Counted from the stretch's first letter, positions 1 to 9,721 are shown. The stretch is 64,000 nt of DNA from an uncultured Bacillota bacterium (GCA_902493275.1 CABUOQ010000004.1:7337-71336); one strand, 5' to 3'. Translations and numbers: made by a program. The notes: a model not told the origin generated them from the letters alone.

Positions 1-1756
1 TTCTTGCACACATACCGCATCCTAAGCAATTCTTAGTAATTATTTCATAATTCACCAAATTTTTACACGATCCAGCAGGACATTTTTTATCAATGACATG
101 CGCTAAATATTCATCATAGAAACCATTCATTGTCGAAATAATTGGATTAGGCGCTGATTGACCAAGAGCACATAAAGAGCAATCTTTTATGACCTCAGAT
201 AATGCTTTAAGCTCTTCAATGTCTTCCATAGTTCCTAAGCCATCAGTAATTTTATTTAAAATTTCAAGCATCCTCTTATTTCCGATACGACATGGAGTAC
301 ATTTGCCACAAGATTCTTCTACGGTAAATTCAAGATAGAATTTAGCAATATTTACCATACAATCGTCTTCATCTAAAACGATCATTCCCCCACTACCCAT
401 CATTGAACCTTTTTCAACTAAATTGTCATAATCAATTGGAGTATCCAGATCTTTTTCACTTAAACAACCTCCACTAGGTCCACCTGTTTGCACCGCTTTA
501 AATTTTTTACCATTTTTTATTCCACCGCCGATATCATAAATAATTTCTCTTAAAGTGGTTCCCATTGGAACTTCAACTAAACCGACATTATTAATTTTTC
601 CAGCAAGAGCAAATACTTTTGTTCCTTTAGACTTTTCTGTTCCTAATTCAGCAAATTTTTTACCACCATCTAAAACAATTACCGGAATATTAGCCCAAGT
701 CTCAACATTATTAACATTTGTTGGTTTATTAAATAAGCCTTTTACCGCAGGAAAAGGGGGTTTCAAAGTTGGCTCTCCTCTTCTTCCTTCAATTGAGTGA
801 ATAAGCGCTGTTTCTTCACCACAAACGAAAGCACCAGCTCCGTATTTAATATTGATATGGAAAGAAAAATTAGTTCCCATAATGTTATCGCCTAACAAAC
901 CTAATTCAGTTGCTTGTTGAATTGCCACTTGTAAACGATGAACCGCTAAAGGATATTCTGCACGAATATATATTTCACCTTCATTTGCGCCGATACAATA
1001 TCCCGCAATAGCCATTGACTCTAAAACTGAATGAGGATCACCTTCTAATATTGAACGATCCATGAAAGCACCAGGATCACCTTCATCAGCATTACATATA
1101 ATATACTTTTTTTCAGCAATAGAAGCCTTTGCAAATTTCCATTTTTGTCCTGTAGGGAAACCTGCTCCGCCTCTTCCTCTTAATCCAGAAGCAATAACTT
1201 CATTAATAACTTCATTAGGAGTCATTTCAAATAAAGCTTTAGCTAAAGCTTGATAACCTCTTACAGCAATTGATTCAGTAATTAATTCTGGGTCAATAAT
1301 ACCACAATTTCTTAAGGCAATACGATGTTGCTTTTTGTAGAAATTAATATTATCTTGTTTTGCTACTCTTTCACCATTTTCATTTTTATAAAGTAAATCT
1401 TCAACAATTTTATGCTCGATAATATGTTGTTTAATTATTCTCTCAGCGTCTTCTGGCTTTACTTTAGTATAAAAAGTATGATCTGGATATATTTTTACAA
1501 TCGGGCCCCTTTCACAAAATCCAAAGCAACCTGAAATAGCAATATCGACACGATCATCTACTCCACATTCTTTAGCCCAATGTTTTAAATTTTCAACAAT
1601 TTCTGGAGAGCGTGATGAAGTACAACCTGTTCCACCACAAACAGAGATATAATATTTTTCGCTTTTATCTAATTCTTTTTGTCTAAAATTTACAACGTCT
1701 TTGACGTTTTCATACATTTGTAATAATTCTTCTCTTGAGCTTATCTTTTTGCACAT
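1..1756 (-). CDS. NuoF/HydB(HndC)-like flavoprotein subunit of a multimeric [FeFe]-hydrogenase; C-terminus runs off the window start
   Basis: Own translation of the minus strand from ATG at 1756-1754 (AGGAG RBS upstream): MCKKISSREELLQMYENV... It has a thioredoxin-like 2Fe-2S segment (CGGTGC...CFGFCERGP), FMN/NADH motifs GLRGRGGAGFPTGQKW and CNADEGDPGAFMDR, a 4Fe-4S motif ESCGKCTPCRIG, and ferredoxin CLGCGMCAR at the window edge. Absent from the ORF track because there is no stop inside the window. Confidence 0.85.
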   Translation of the reverse strand, partial: MCKKISSREELLQMYENVKDVVNFRQKELDKSEKYYISVCGGTGCTSSRSPEIVENLKHWAKECGVDDRVDIAISGCFGFCERGPIVKIYPDHTFYTKVKPEDAERIIKQHIIEHKIVEDLLYKNENGERVAKQDNINFYKKQHRIALRNCGIIDPELITESIAVRGYQALAKALFEMTPNEVINEVIASGLRGRGGAGFPTGQKWKFAKASIAEKKYIICNADEGDPGAFMDRSILEGDPHSVLESMAIAGYCIGANEGEIYIRAEYPLAVHRLQVAIQQATELGLLGDNIMGTNFSFHINIKYGAGAFVCGEETALIHSIEGRRGEPTLKPPFPAVKGLFNKPTNVNNVETWANIPVIVLDGGKKFAELGTEKSKGTKVFALAGKINNVGLVEVPMGTTLREIIYDIGGGIKNGKKFKAVQTGGPSGGCLSEKDLDTPIDYDNLVEKGSMMGSGGMIVLDEDDCMVNIAKFYLEFTVEESCGKCTPCRIGNKRMLEILNKITDGLGTMEDIEELKALSEVIKDCSLCALGQSAPNPIISTMNGFYDEYLAHVIDKKCPAGSCKNLVNYEIITKNCLGCGMCAR

Positions 1757-1765
1757 AGTTTTCTC

Positions 1766-2251
1766 CTAATACTCTGCTAAAATGCCTTCAAGGTCATCAA
1801 CAGTTAAATTTCCATATGTTTTTTCGTTTATTTGAACAACCGGTGCAAGTCCACATGCACCAACACATCTAAGTGTTGTTAAAGTAAATTTTCCATCAGG
1901 AGTGGTTTCTCCGTTTTTGATATGTAATAGCTCCTCTAACTTTTCTAATAATTTGCCTGACCCTCTAACAAAACAAGCTGTTCCTAAACAAACGCTTATA
2001 ACATTTTGACCTTTAGGTTCCATTGTAAAAAATGAATAAAAAGTCACGACGCCATAAACTCGCGAAACATTAATTCCAAGTTTATTAGCAATATGCATTT
2101 GAACCATCATTGGCAAATATCCAAATATTGCTTGAGCACGATGCAATATTGCGATTAATTCTGATGGATTATTATCTAACGATTCAATAAAAATATCTAA
2201 TTCATCAAACATCTCTTTATTTGTTTTCATAGTCTCTCCTTCTTTTTCCAT
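1766..2251 (-). CDS. NuoE/HydC(HndA)-like thioredoxin-fold 2Fe-2S subunit
   Basis: 161 aa. Cys pattern VCLGTACFVRG...LRCVGACGLAPV is typical of NuoE-type 2Fe-2S proteins. It lies immediately upstream of the NuoF-like gene on the same strand. The true start is probably the internal MKTNKEM (about 2230), which has an AGGAG-like RBS. Confidence 0.85.
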   Translation of the reverse strand: MEKEGETMKTNKEMFDELDIFIESLDNNPSELIAILHRAQAIFGYLPMMVQMHIANKLGINVSRVYGVVTFYSFFTMEPKGQNVISVCLGTACFVRGSGKLLEKLEELLHIKNGETTPDGKFTLTTLRCVGACGLAPVVQINEKTYGNLTVDDLEGILAEY

Positions 2252-2357
2252 GTTTATTATAAATAGAAGTGAATATAAAAAAAAGAATAAATCTCATATT
2301 TCGATATTTTTTTATCAATTATAATCAAAATCTTCTTTTTCTTCTAGCTACAAAATA

Positions 2358-3518
2358 TTAATGATATTGTATAGAAACAATTTTGCCAGCTTTTTCAAGA
2401 GTATTTTTCAAATTTTCAACGATTTTCATTTTCATGGAAACATCGATTGGTAAATTCTTATGAGCTGGATTTAAGGTTGTTCCCACAAAAAGATTAATGT
2501 GACTAGCTCTTTTTAAAATCAAATTAGCGATTAGTGTTGCTCCATCTTTTTTAGATAAACTTTTATCACTGACATCTTTTTCATCTAAATATTTTTGAGT
2601 CACCTCTAAAACTTTACCTAATGTTATAACTCCCTCTGTAACTAAATCGATACCTTCTATAATAGCTATTGGAGGAACATCTGGAGAATAATACGCTAGT
2701 GTTGTTTTAATATCTTTCTTTAAATATTTTGCCATGATTTTAGAAGTTGTACCTCCACATACAACTTTTAATCCCTCTCTCTTCATAAAGTTTTCCGCAA
2801 CCATTAAATCATCTTCTTGATTCATAGGTGGACCAACTAAAATATTTACTGCGAGAGGTTTACAAACTCTTAAAGCACAAATTGTAGTGTCATCGCCTGG
2901 CTCATTCATATAAAGGGAATTACATGATTCACCCACTAAAGCGGCAATCTGTCTAGCAGATAAAGATTTATCATAATTTGCGATAATATATGCAGCAATA
3001 TCATCGATGGACCAGCCAAGATTCATCGTCTTACCTATCCCAGCATGAGGAGCGCCATCAGAACAAAAAACAATGCAATCGTTTTCTTTTGCTTCAATAT
3101 TGGAACAATAGACAACTTTATTCATAATCACCTTTTTTGTTCTTTCTAAATTAAATAATTGCCCATCACGAATATATATAAGCGGCGGATTATCAAACTC
3201 AAAAATATATCCTTTTCCATCATGATCAATGTGAATTACTGTAAAAGTCGAATAAGCAACTTTTCTCACAGAACAAACTGGTAAAGTGGATATAATAGAG
3301 AAAAGACAATCTTCAATTTCTGCGCCATTTGCCATCATTAAACATAATAATTTAGATGTTAATGTTGCTAAAATATTAGCTTTAACTCCCGAGCCCAAAC
3401 CATCAGCAAGAACAATAGTTGTACTATCTTCTTTTCTGACTATTTCGACTTTATCACCACATAATTCTTCACCAACATGGTTTAAAGAAACATACCCGTC
3501 ATCAATAAAATACTTCAT
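2358..3518 (-). CDS. SpoIIE/PP2C-family serine phosphatase (HfsC-like) with an extra C-terminal domain
   Basis: 386 aa. The N-terminal part has a PP2C/SpoIIE-like pattern (GEELCGDKVEIV, VLADGLGSGVKA, FCSDGAPHAG, GDDTTI). It lies 2 nt downstream of the HydS-like gene. Confidence 0.7.
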   Translation of the reverse strand: MKYFIDDGYVSLNHVGEELCGDKVEIVRKEDSTTIVLADGLGSGVKANILATLTSKLLCLMMANGAEIEDCLFSIISTLPVCSVRKVAYSTFTVIHIDHDGKGYIFEFDNPPLIYIRDGQLFNLERTKKVIMNKVVYCSNIEAKENDCIVFCSDGAPHAGIGKTMNLGWSIDDIAAYIIANYDKSLSARQIAALVGESCNSLYMNEPGDDTTICALRVCKPLAVNILVGPPMNQEDDLMVAENFMKREGLKVVCGGTTSKIMAKYLKKDIKTTLAYYSPDVPPIAIIEGIDLVTEGVITLGKVLEVTQKYLDEKDVSDKSLSKKDGATLIANLILKRASHINLFVGTTLNPAHKNLPIDVSMKMKIVENLKNTLEKAGKIVSIQYH

Positions 3519-3520
3519 AA

Positions 3521-5185
3521 TTAATCCTTTAAACTATTTTTAAAATTAACTAAAGCAATTTTTGCCTCGGCTGTTGATTCACCAAGTAATGAAGCAATTT
3601 CTTGAACCGCTGCCATTTGTTTATTAATAACTTGATCAGTCACTTTAATCATTTCTTGTCGCAATTGTTTCATTTTCTCATCATTTAAAATCTCTTGGGT
3701 TACATCTTTGTAAATTGCAAATGCAACATTATGCTCACTAACTACTGTAATTGAAACATCGAAATATTTATTTGTTTTATCATTATATACTATTACCGAT
3801 TTGATATTTTCTTTTTTATCAATAGCGATTAATAATTCAGGTAAATCAATATATTCTTGGTAAAAATGACCAACAGCTGTCTTGTTTATTTGTAAATATT
3901 CAAACGCTCTTTCATTAACATCAATTAAAACACCTTTATCATTTATAGTAATAATTCCATTAGGGGTATGTTGAATGATTTCGTTTGATATTGATTCTGC
4001 TTTATTTTTTAAATAAGGCATACAAAACTCCGGATCAGCTAAACCATTATATACAGCGATAGCTTTTTCTCTACAAGTATTATATCCACAAGCTCCACAA
4101 TTGATTTCATCTTCTTTTTTGTATTTAAATATATGCGCTAAAATTTTCTTTATCTCTTCTTCAGAAGGAATTTTATGATTATTATCTAATGGCTTAAATG
4201 TTGTCGATAAATCAACTTGAACTTTCTTTTCTTCATCAATATATTTAGAATTTTTAACATAATGTCTAACTATAGAATTATCTTTCATTTTAGGTTTAGT
4301 GGATATTTTCATAGGTCCATTAATACAACCACCATCACACATATTCATCTCAATAAAAACATTTTCTAAATCATCGATATTCTCTAAGATGTTTTTTATT
4401 TCTTGTACACCATCAACTGAGATAGTATCGTAATTAGAATTAAGTTTATTAAACGATTTAATTATACCGCGATGAATTGGATAATAGCGTGATAGATTAT
4501 GGCTTGATCCTTTATCTTCTATATCTTCAAAAGAAATGCTTTTTTCTTGCAACATTTCATTAAATTCTTCAAATGATAAAGCACAATCGATAACATGGGA
4601 TTCAATTGCTTCTTTCTTTTTAGCAATACATGGTCCAACAAAAACAATATGTAAATCATCACCATATTCTTTTTTTAAAATTCTTCCATGTGCCACCATT
4701 GGAGATACAATTGGAGCAAGATATTTAATTGCCGAAGGATAATTTAAGCATATAAAAGTATTAACTGCTGGACATGCTGTAGTTATAAAAGATTTATGTA
4801 CATTTTTATCCAAGATTCGTCCGTATTCTTCTGTAACATATTGAGCCCCACGCGCTGTTTCTTCAACAATTGAAAATCCCAACTGACTCGCCGCTTTCTT
4901 AAAAGCATCAAACGATACGACATCAAAGTTACTAATAAAAGAAGGCGCTACAGATAGAGCCACTTTTTGAGGATGATTTTTAATTAAATTTTTTACAAAA
5001 TCTATTGATGAAATAACTTTTTTAGCATTTTGAGGGCATACATTAACACAATTACCACATAAAATACATTTATCTTCAATAATTTCTGCTTTATTATTAA
5101 CAAATTTTATCGCCTTCACGGGGCAATGTCTTAAGCAAGAATAACAATCCTTACATGATTCAATATCAAACTTCAAATAATCCAT
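3521..5185 (-). CDS. Sensory [FeFe]-hydrogenase-like protein (HydS/HfsB type) with C-terminal PAS domain
   Basis: 554 aa. It has two ferredoxin motifs (CKDCYSCLRHCP, CILCGNCVNVCP) and H-cluster-like motifs TTACP, GPCIAKKKE and EMNMCDGGCINGP. These are followed by an extra Cys cluster (CGACGYNTC...C) and a PAS-like segment (QHTPNGIITINDKGVLIDVNERAFEYL). Confidence 0.8.
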   Translation of the reverse strand: MDYLKFDIESCKDCYSCLRHCPVKAIKFVNNKAEIIEDKCILCGNCVNVCPQNAKKVISSIDFVKNLIKNHPQKVALSVAPSFISNFDVVSFDAFKKAASQLGFSIVEETARGAQYVTEEYGRILDKNVHKSFITTACPAVNTFICLNYPSAIKYLAPIVSPMVAHGRILKKEYGDDLHIVFVGPCIAKKKEAIESHVIDCALSFEEFNEMLQEKSISFEDIEDKGSSHNLSRYYPIHRGIIKSFNKLNSNYDTISVDGVQEIKNILENIDDLENVFIEMNMCDGGCINGPMKISTKPKMKDNSIVRHYVKNSKYIDEEKKVQVDLSTTFKPLDNNHKIPSEEEIKKILAHIFKYKKEDEINCGACGYNTCREKAIAVYNGLADPEFCMPYLKNKAESISNEIIQHTPNGIITINDKGVLIDVNERAFEYLQINKTAVGHFYQEYIDLPELLIAIDKKENIKSVIVYNDKTNKYFDVSITVVSEHNVAFAIYKDVTQEILNDEKMKQLRQEMIKVTDQVINKQMAAVQEIASLLGESTAEAKIALVNFKNSLKD

Positions 5186-5192
5186 ATATTAC

Positions 5193-5441
5193 CTACTTCT
5201 TTATTTTAGTTAAAATTTTTTCTTTAAATATTTCTTCTATAGTATCCGGATTAGCATTAGAGACTAATTCATCATCAATCATCATCGAAACCCCATTAGC
5301 GCAATTGCCTAAGCAAAAAGAGGCTGATAATTCCACATCGTTAATCAAATGATATTCCTTAATTAACTCTTGTATTTTAGTAATAACTTCATGAGATCCT
5401 TTTAAATGGCATGAAGAACCAACGCAGATTGACACTTTCAT
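5193..5441 (-). CDS. Small thioredoxin-like (2Fe-2S) ferredoxin-domain protein (HfsA-like)
   Basis: 82 aa with four Cys (CVGSSCHLKG ... CLGNCANG). First gene of the HydS/PP2C string. Confidence 0.65.
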   Translation of the reverse strand: MKVSICVGSSCHLKGSHEVITKIQELIKEYHLINDVELSASFCLGNCANGVSMMIDDELVSNANPDTIEEIFKEKILTKIKK

Positions 5442-5523
5442 ATATAAAAATCCTTTACTAAAATAATTTTATACTTTAAATAGTAAAATTGTAAATATCT
5501 TATTTGCCATTAACTTTTATTTT

Positions 5524-6531
5524 TTAGACAACTGATACTGCTTTAAAAGTTCCACCCTTAAATTCAACACCATATTGATTAACGAAATATATTGTTAAAA
5601 TTTGTTTTTTCTTATCAATATAATATTTTTTTATTCCCATCAAAACCTGTTCTTTAGATATTCTCATTCCTATTTTAAAAGGCGCAGATATAATATATTC
5701 ATAAATATAATTTTTTCCTTTATTTAAAAAGACTATATAATGATATTCATTAAAATATTTTTCATAAAGATATTTGTGATAAGAAAAATCAGAGCCGCAA
5801 TTAAATGTCACAACAATCAATCTTTGTTCATCTTTTTGAGCACATGTCACCAAAGTTCTTTTAGCCTTATACGTGTATCCAGTTTTACCACCAATACAAT
5901 ATTCATATTGTCTTAATAGCTTATTTTTGTTAACCCATAGCCCCTTTAATGGATTGGTATAGCTTTTTGTAGAAACTATTTGTTCAAAAACTTCATTTTG
6001 CATGCAATAAGCCATCAATATTGCCATATCATAGCAAGAAGAAATATTACCTTCATCGAATATATCTAACCCTGAAGGATTATGAAAAATAGTATTTCTC
6101 ATTCCTATTTCCTCAGCCTTTATATTCATCAGTTCCACAAAACTATCGATATCTTTTGCAATGTTTTCTGCAATTAATACCGCCGCATCATTACCACTTC
6201 TTAATAACAATCCATATACTAAATCAATAACTGTGATTTGATCTCCTACTGATAAATATATTGATGATCCTTCGATTGTATTTATTATCTCACTGACAGT
6301 AATCACTTTAAATAGATCATTTGATTCAATAGCTATTATTGCCGTCATTATTTTTGAAATAGATGCGACAGAGTATGAAGAATTAATATCTTTTCCTTCT
6401 AATACTTCATTAGAATAAGCATCAATAACAATATAATTTCTTGCTTGATAAGAAGTATCAGCTTTAGCGTTTATAGTTGAAGGAAGCAATAAAGAAATAG
6501 ATATTAAAATTAAAAAAAATATTTTTTTCAT
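5524..6531 (-). CDS. Serine-type D-Ala-D-Ala carboxypeptidase (S11, low-MW PBP)
   Basis: 335 aa. Signal peptide MKKIFFLILISISLLLPSTINAKA. SxxK (ASISK), SxN (RSGNDAA) and KTG (GGKTGYT) motifs occur in the correct order. Confidence 0.85.
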   Translation of the reverse strand: MKKIFFLILISISLLLPSTINAKADTSYQARNYIVIDAYSNEVLEGKDINSSYSVASISKIMTAIIAIESNDLFKVITVSEIINTIEGSSIYLSVGDQITVIDLVYGLLLRSGNDAAVLIAENIAKDIDSFVELMNIKAEEIGMRNTIFHNPSGLDIFDEGNISSCYDMAILMAYCMQNEVFEQIVSTKSYTNPLKGLWVNKNKLLRQYEYCIGGKTGYTYKAKRTLVTCAQKDEQRLIVVTFNCGSDFSYHKYLYEKYFNEYHYIVFLNKGKNYIYEYIISAPFKIGMRISKEQVLMGIKKYYIDKKKQILTIYFVNQYGVEFKGGTFKAVSVV

Positions 6532-6954
6532 ACTTTATCATATTATTTATTTTTTAAATTAAGAACTATATCAAATTATAATTATTATATTTTAAACGTT
6601 TTAATAATTATTTTAATTCATACATTAGTCTAATTATAATTTGCTACTTTTTCAGTTCTTGAATATTATAACATTTTATCTGTTTCTTCCTTTATATATG
6701 GTTTTAGCTCATTAAATTTTTACATTTATATCTTAATCGACTTATTAACCGAATAGCACAAATATTATCAAGATTATTGACATTAAAAAATTAACTCCAT
6801 AGTATTTTCATCAAATTGCTAAATACTTTTTCTTAATATAAAATCACTTCATAATTTAACTGATACCAAAAACTTCGTTTTTTTCTATTAATATTAGCTA
6901 TGATTATTGCAATTTTTCTTGCCTTAAAAAGAGAATTATTTATATTTCTTCCAA

Positions 6955-6986
6955 TAGAAAAAGGTAGTCAATTATCACTGACTACC
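6955..6986 (-). terminator. Rho-independent terminator candidate for the small lipoprotein (pseudo)gene
   Basis: 8-bp stem ggtagtca/tgactacc (6963-6970 / 6979-6986), followed on the minus strand by TTTTT. Confidence 0.4.
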
Positions 6987-7091
6987 CCATAAGATTTTAC
7001 GTTTTTCTTATGTCTTTTAATCATCTTAAAATTCCTTAAGATTTTAAAAAGCCAATTATTTCAAACTTAATTGCGCTTATAATAAATGCAT

Positions 7092-7414
7092 TTAATCTAA
7101 ATCAAAATACTCATTTAGAATTTTCAAAAATTTATCTCGGTCAGCAAGATTAGCTATATATTCTATAAATTCACCTTCTTTTGTAAATTTAGATAAAATG
7201 TCATATCCCTTTTTACCTCTACTTTCATATGAAAACACTATCATCTCATTAGAATCCATATACATTAAAATTGCATTCTTTAATGGTAAATTGGCACAAG
7301 TGTAACGCTTATGTAACGTTATAGTTGAGAGATCATCTATAAATGATATCTAGCCGGATCACACCCAGTTAAACCAACTAGCATACCCGCTAAAATTAAA
7401 TGCATCTTTTTCAT
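7092..7414 (-). pseudogene. Small lipoprotein gene split by a frameshift (possible immunity-type protein)
   Basis: Own translation. A GGAGG RBS and ATG at 7414 give MKKMHLILAGMLVGLTGCDPARYHL then a stop. The -1 frame continues open as ISFIDDLSTITLHKRYTCANLPLKNAILMYMDSNEMIVFSYESRGKKGYDILSKFTKEGEFIEYIANLADRDKFLKILNEYFDLD, stopping at 7092. The lipobox signal peptide and the body are therefore out of frame. Confidence 0.45.
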
Positions 7415-7424
7415 TGTTTTCTCC
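7225..7424. repeat. Copy A of a roughly 200 bp near-identical direct repeat (partner at 9902-10113)
   Basis: Aligned by eye. The stretch cactatcatctcattagaatccatatacattaaaattgcattctttaatggtaaattggcacaagtgtaacgcttatgtaacgttatagttgagagatcatctataaat is identical in both copies apart from one substitution (t in copy A, c in copy B, near its start). The copies diverge slightly near the lipobox-coding end. Confidence 0.85.
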
Positions 7425-7506
7425 TTCCTAAAATGTAAGCTATGTTTCTTAGTTACATCCATTTTTTATTACATTCACCTTCAGTTATTTAAAAAACAAC
7501 AAACAT

Positions 7507-9240
7507 TTATTTAGTTACAAATATAGTATCACCAATACTAATTCGGCCTTTATTTCTGCTGGTATTAGGTGTTTCTTTATGAGCTAAATATCTAATCCTA
7601 TATGTTCCATCTAAGAAATCATATTCAATATTCATTTGGTTTGTTCTATCTGTTGGTAACCCTATTGCAAGTAAATCAACTGCGTTAATCCAGTTATTAT
7701 TTGCATCTAAGTATTGAATATATGCATAATCGCCATTTAATGAATACATATTTTCACTGGCACTCCACCAAGAAAGATTCGTACTTAATTTATATATTGG
7801 TTCATCAAATTCTAAAGTTAGATAAGCATCCCCAGCACCTATTCTATTTGGTGAAAGATTTATATATTCTTCTTCAATATATCCACATCTTAATCTATCT
7901 GTATTAAAACTTAAATCTTCAATACTTATAGTTGAAGTTTTAATTTCTTCATTTTCGAAATAATATCTTTCATCGAAATTCCAATCTGCTGGACTTATTG
8001 AATATTCACTTGTATGAACATCTCCACATCCACAAATATACTTAGTAACATTACCATTAGTCATTGATACATTATATGAATGTTTGTGTGACCCGGTATA
8101 TTTAATTGTGAAATAACCATAAATAGTGGCACTATTAATAATAACCTCAGCACTTTTTGTATCTCCAGGCCACCATCCAAAATGCGCAAGAAATTTGTCA
8201 TCTTTACAACCATACGCTACAACCACATGACTTTTTCCATTACTAATGGTAGAATCATAAGATTGTAATACTAATAAAGTTGGTAATCCTTCGGCAATAT
8301 ACTCTTTTGGTCTTTGATGTGTATATAATAATGAACCATGTCTATATTCAGTATCTTCTATTAAATCTGAACAGTTATCTTCCATGTAATCTAATAAAGT
8401 ATCATTCAATTCAACATTTAACATAGGATAACCAGCTGAATCCCAACCAATTCCCATAAAAGTATGCATATATTTATCAAACAAATAATCTCTCATTGCA
8501 TATGTTGTACCAGGCATATTTTGCCAATCTTTAAAATCATAGGATTCAATATCTTTGTATGTAGTTGTAACTGTTTTACCTAAAGGTTCAGAAGTAGTAT
8601 GATCAAAAACCCACTTGTCTTCATCAGAACTTCTCGTGAGAGTTGATTCCTTTACATAATATCTTGCATCATAGTATGTATTATTAGGAATAAAATCATC
8701 ATTATAAAATGTATCATAATAGCTTAAAAGCATTGATAATGCGGTAGTACCGCACTCCCCAAACCAATTTTGAGGAAAATATTTTAGTTTCCTAAAATAA
8801 TCTGCTTTATTAACTACTGTATACCCATATGCATCAGTATATGTTGTTGATGAATCAGGTACAGGTTCACTAGCCCTTGTTTGTAACAACGGATTCAAGA
8901 CATAAGCAAAACCAGAGTATTCTTCAATTGATGATACAGCACCTGTAAATATGTCAGTTACGACATCATTTTGTTCTACAAAATAATTGCTAGGTCCTAA
9001 ATAAAATTTATCTCCAGCTAATTCGTAATATGGTGAATTATTTTTTAAAGACCCTTCAATAAAATTTCCATTTGAATCTTGTATTTCATAATAATTATCA
9101 CCTTCAATCAAAACAAATTCATTACCAACGAAATCACTTATAATTTCTACGTTATTTGATCCTATACTCATTGGAGCAATTGTTAATAATAAAGAGGTTG
9201 TCAATAGAGTAATTAATCCAGTTGTCATTTTATCTTCCAC
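7507..9240 (-). CDS. Secreted papain-fold (C39-like) cysteine peptidase-domain protein with large C-terminal extension
   Basis: 577 aa. Hydrophobic N-terminal signal. Candidate catalytic Cys in QNWFGECGTTALSMLLSYYD and candidate His in GKSHVVVAYGCKDDKFLAHFGWW, as in Peptidase_C39_2-type domains. The family assignment is from memory. Confidence 0.5.
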   Translation of the reverse strand: MEDKMTTGLITLLTTSLLLTIAPMSIGSNNVEIISDFVGNEFVLIEGDNYYEIQDSNGNFIEGSLKNNSPYYELAGDKFYLGPSNYFVEQNDVVTDIFTGAVSSIEEYSGFAYVLNPLLQTRASEPVPDSSTTYTDAYGYTVVNKADYFRKLKYFPQNWFGECGTTALSMLLSYYDTFYNDDFIPNNTYYDARYYVKESTLTRSSDEDKWVFDHTTSEPLGKTVTTTYKDIESYDFKDWQNMPGTTYAMRDYLFDKYMHTFMGIGWDSAGYPMLNVELNDTLLDYMEDNCSDLIEDTEYRHGSLLYTHQRPKEYIAEGLPTLLVLQSYDSTISNGKSHVVVAYGCKDDKFLAHFGWWPGDTKSAEVIINSATIYGYFTIKYTGSHKHSYNVSMTNGNVTKYICGCGDVHTSEYSISPADWNFDERYYFENEEIKTSTISIEDLSFNTDRLRCGYIEEEYINLSPNRIGAGDAYLTLEFDEPIYKLSTNLSWWSASENMYSLNGDYAYIQYLDANNNWINAVDLLAIGLPTDRTNQMNIEYDFLDGTYRIRYLAHKETPNTSRNKGRISIGDTIFVTK

Positions 9241-9721
9241 CCCTCTTATATTTTACCATTGATATAATTATACAAACAATACTACTAATTAGTGTCGGAT
9301 CAAACAGTACCATCGTACTTACAAGTTCATATTTCAAAGGATCAACACTAACAAGCCAGTGTTTATTAAAATTTAAAATTCCAGGAAAATTATAGTTTAA
9401 TGAATAATAATAATCTCCTGTTCTAGGCCGATACAAATAAATGAAATTTTGTATAGTGATTGATAACACAGCTAAAAATAAAATTGATAATACTATATAA
9501 TCTATAAAACTTCTTTTTTTATGTGTTAACAAAGTATATACGCAAATTATAATCACTAAGATTAGCAATATAGGAATCAATATCCCAAAACTATATAAAA
9601 CGTCATGTTTAAACAAACCTATTAAAAACATTAATGTTGAATAAAAGAATATAATTAAGCTAATTTTCAATGAAAAATTACTTTCTTTTTTTGTTATTTT
9701 TTCTTTTTTAGTATCTTTCAT
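9230..9721 (-). CDS. Small polytopic membrane protein, unknown function
   Basis: 163 aa with about four hydrophobic helices. Its 3' end overlaps the start of the peptidase gene by 11 nt, which suggests translational coupling. Confidence 0.5.
   Translation of the reverse strand: MKDTKKEKITKKESNFSLKISLIIFFYSTLMFLIGLFKHDVLYSFGILIPILLILVIIICVYTLLTHKKRSFIDYIVLSILFLAVLSITIQNFIYLYRPRTGDYYYSLNYNFPGILNFNKHWLVSVDPLKYELVSTMVLFDPTLISSIVCIIISMVKYKRGGR

Noticed and set aside
555-1253. ORF-track entries 555-800 and 1062-1253 on the plus strand. The same class includes 3286-3543, 4536-4742, 5155-5352, 7701-7907, 10901-11083, 13052-13237, 15497-15679, 16120-16679, 18071-18298, 19455-19926, 22274-22474, 22900-23082, 23808-23993, 24296-24478, 29494-29691, 30828-31466, 32436-32645, 33117-33422, 36951-37205, 38243-38437, 49123-49440, 51467-51682, 55751-56011, 59648-59884 and 60138-60356.
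   Set aside because: Each lies inside, antisense to or out of frame with, a much longer ORF that carries clear family motifs. They have low-complexity or odd composition and no RBS. They are treated as shadow ORFs.
7092-7414. Programmed -1 ribosomal frameshifting to join the lipoprotein signal peptide to its body.
   Set aside because: No canonical X-XXY-YYZ slippery heptamer or downstream structure is evident in the short overlap (atatcattta). Copy B has an additional inactivating deletion. Pseudogenisation or an assembly error is the simpler explanation.
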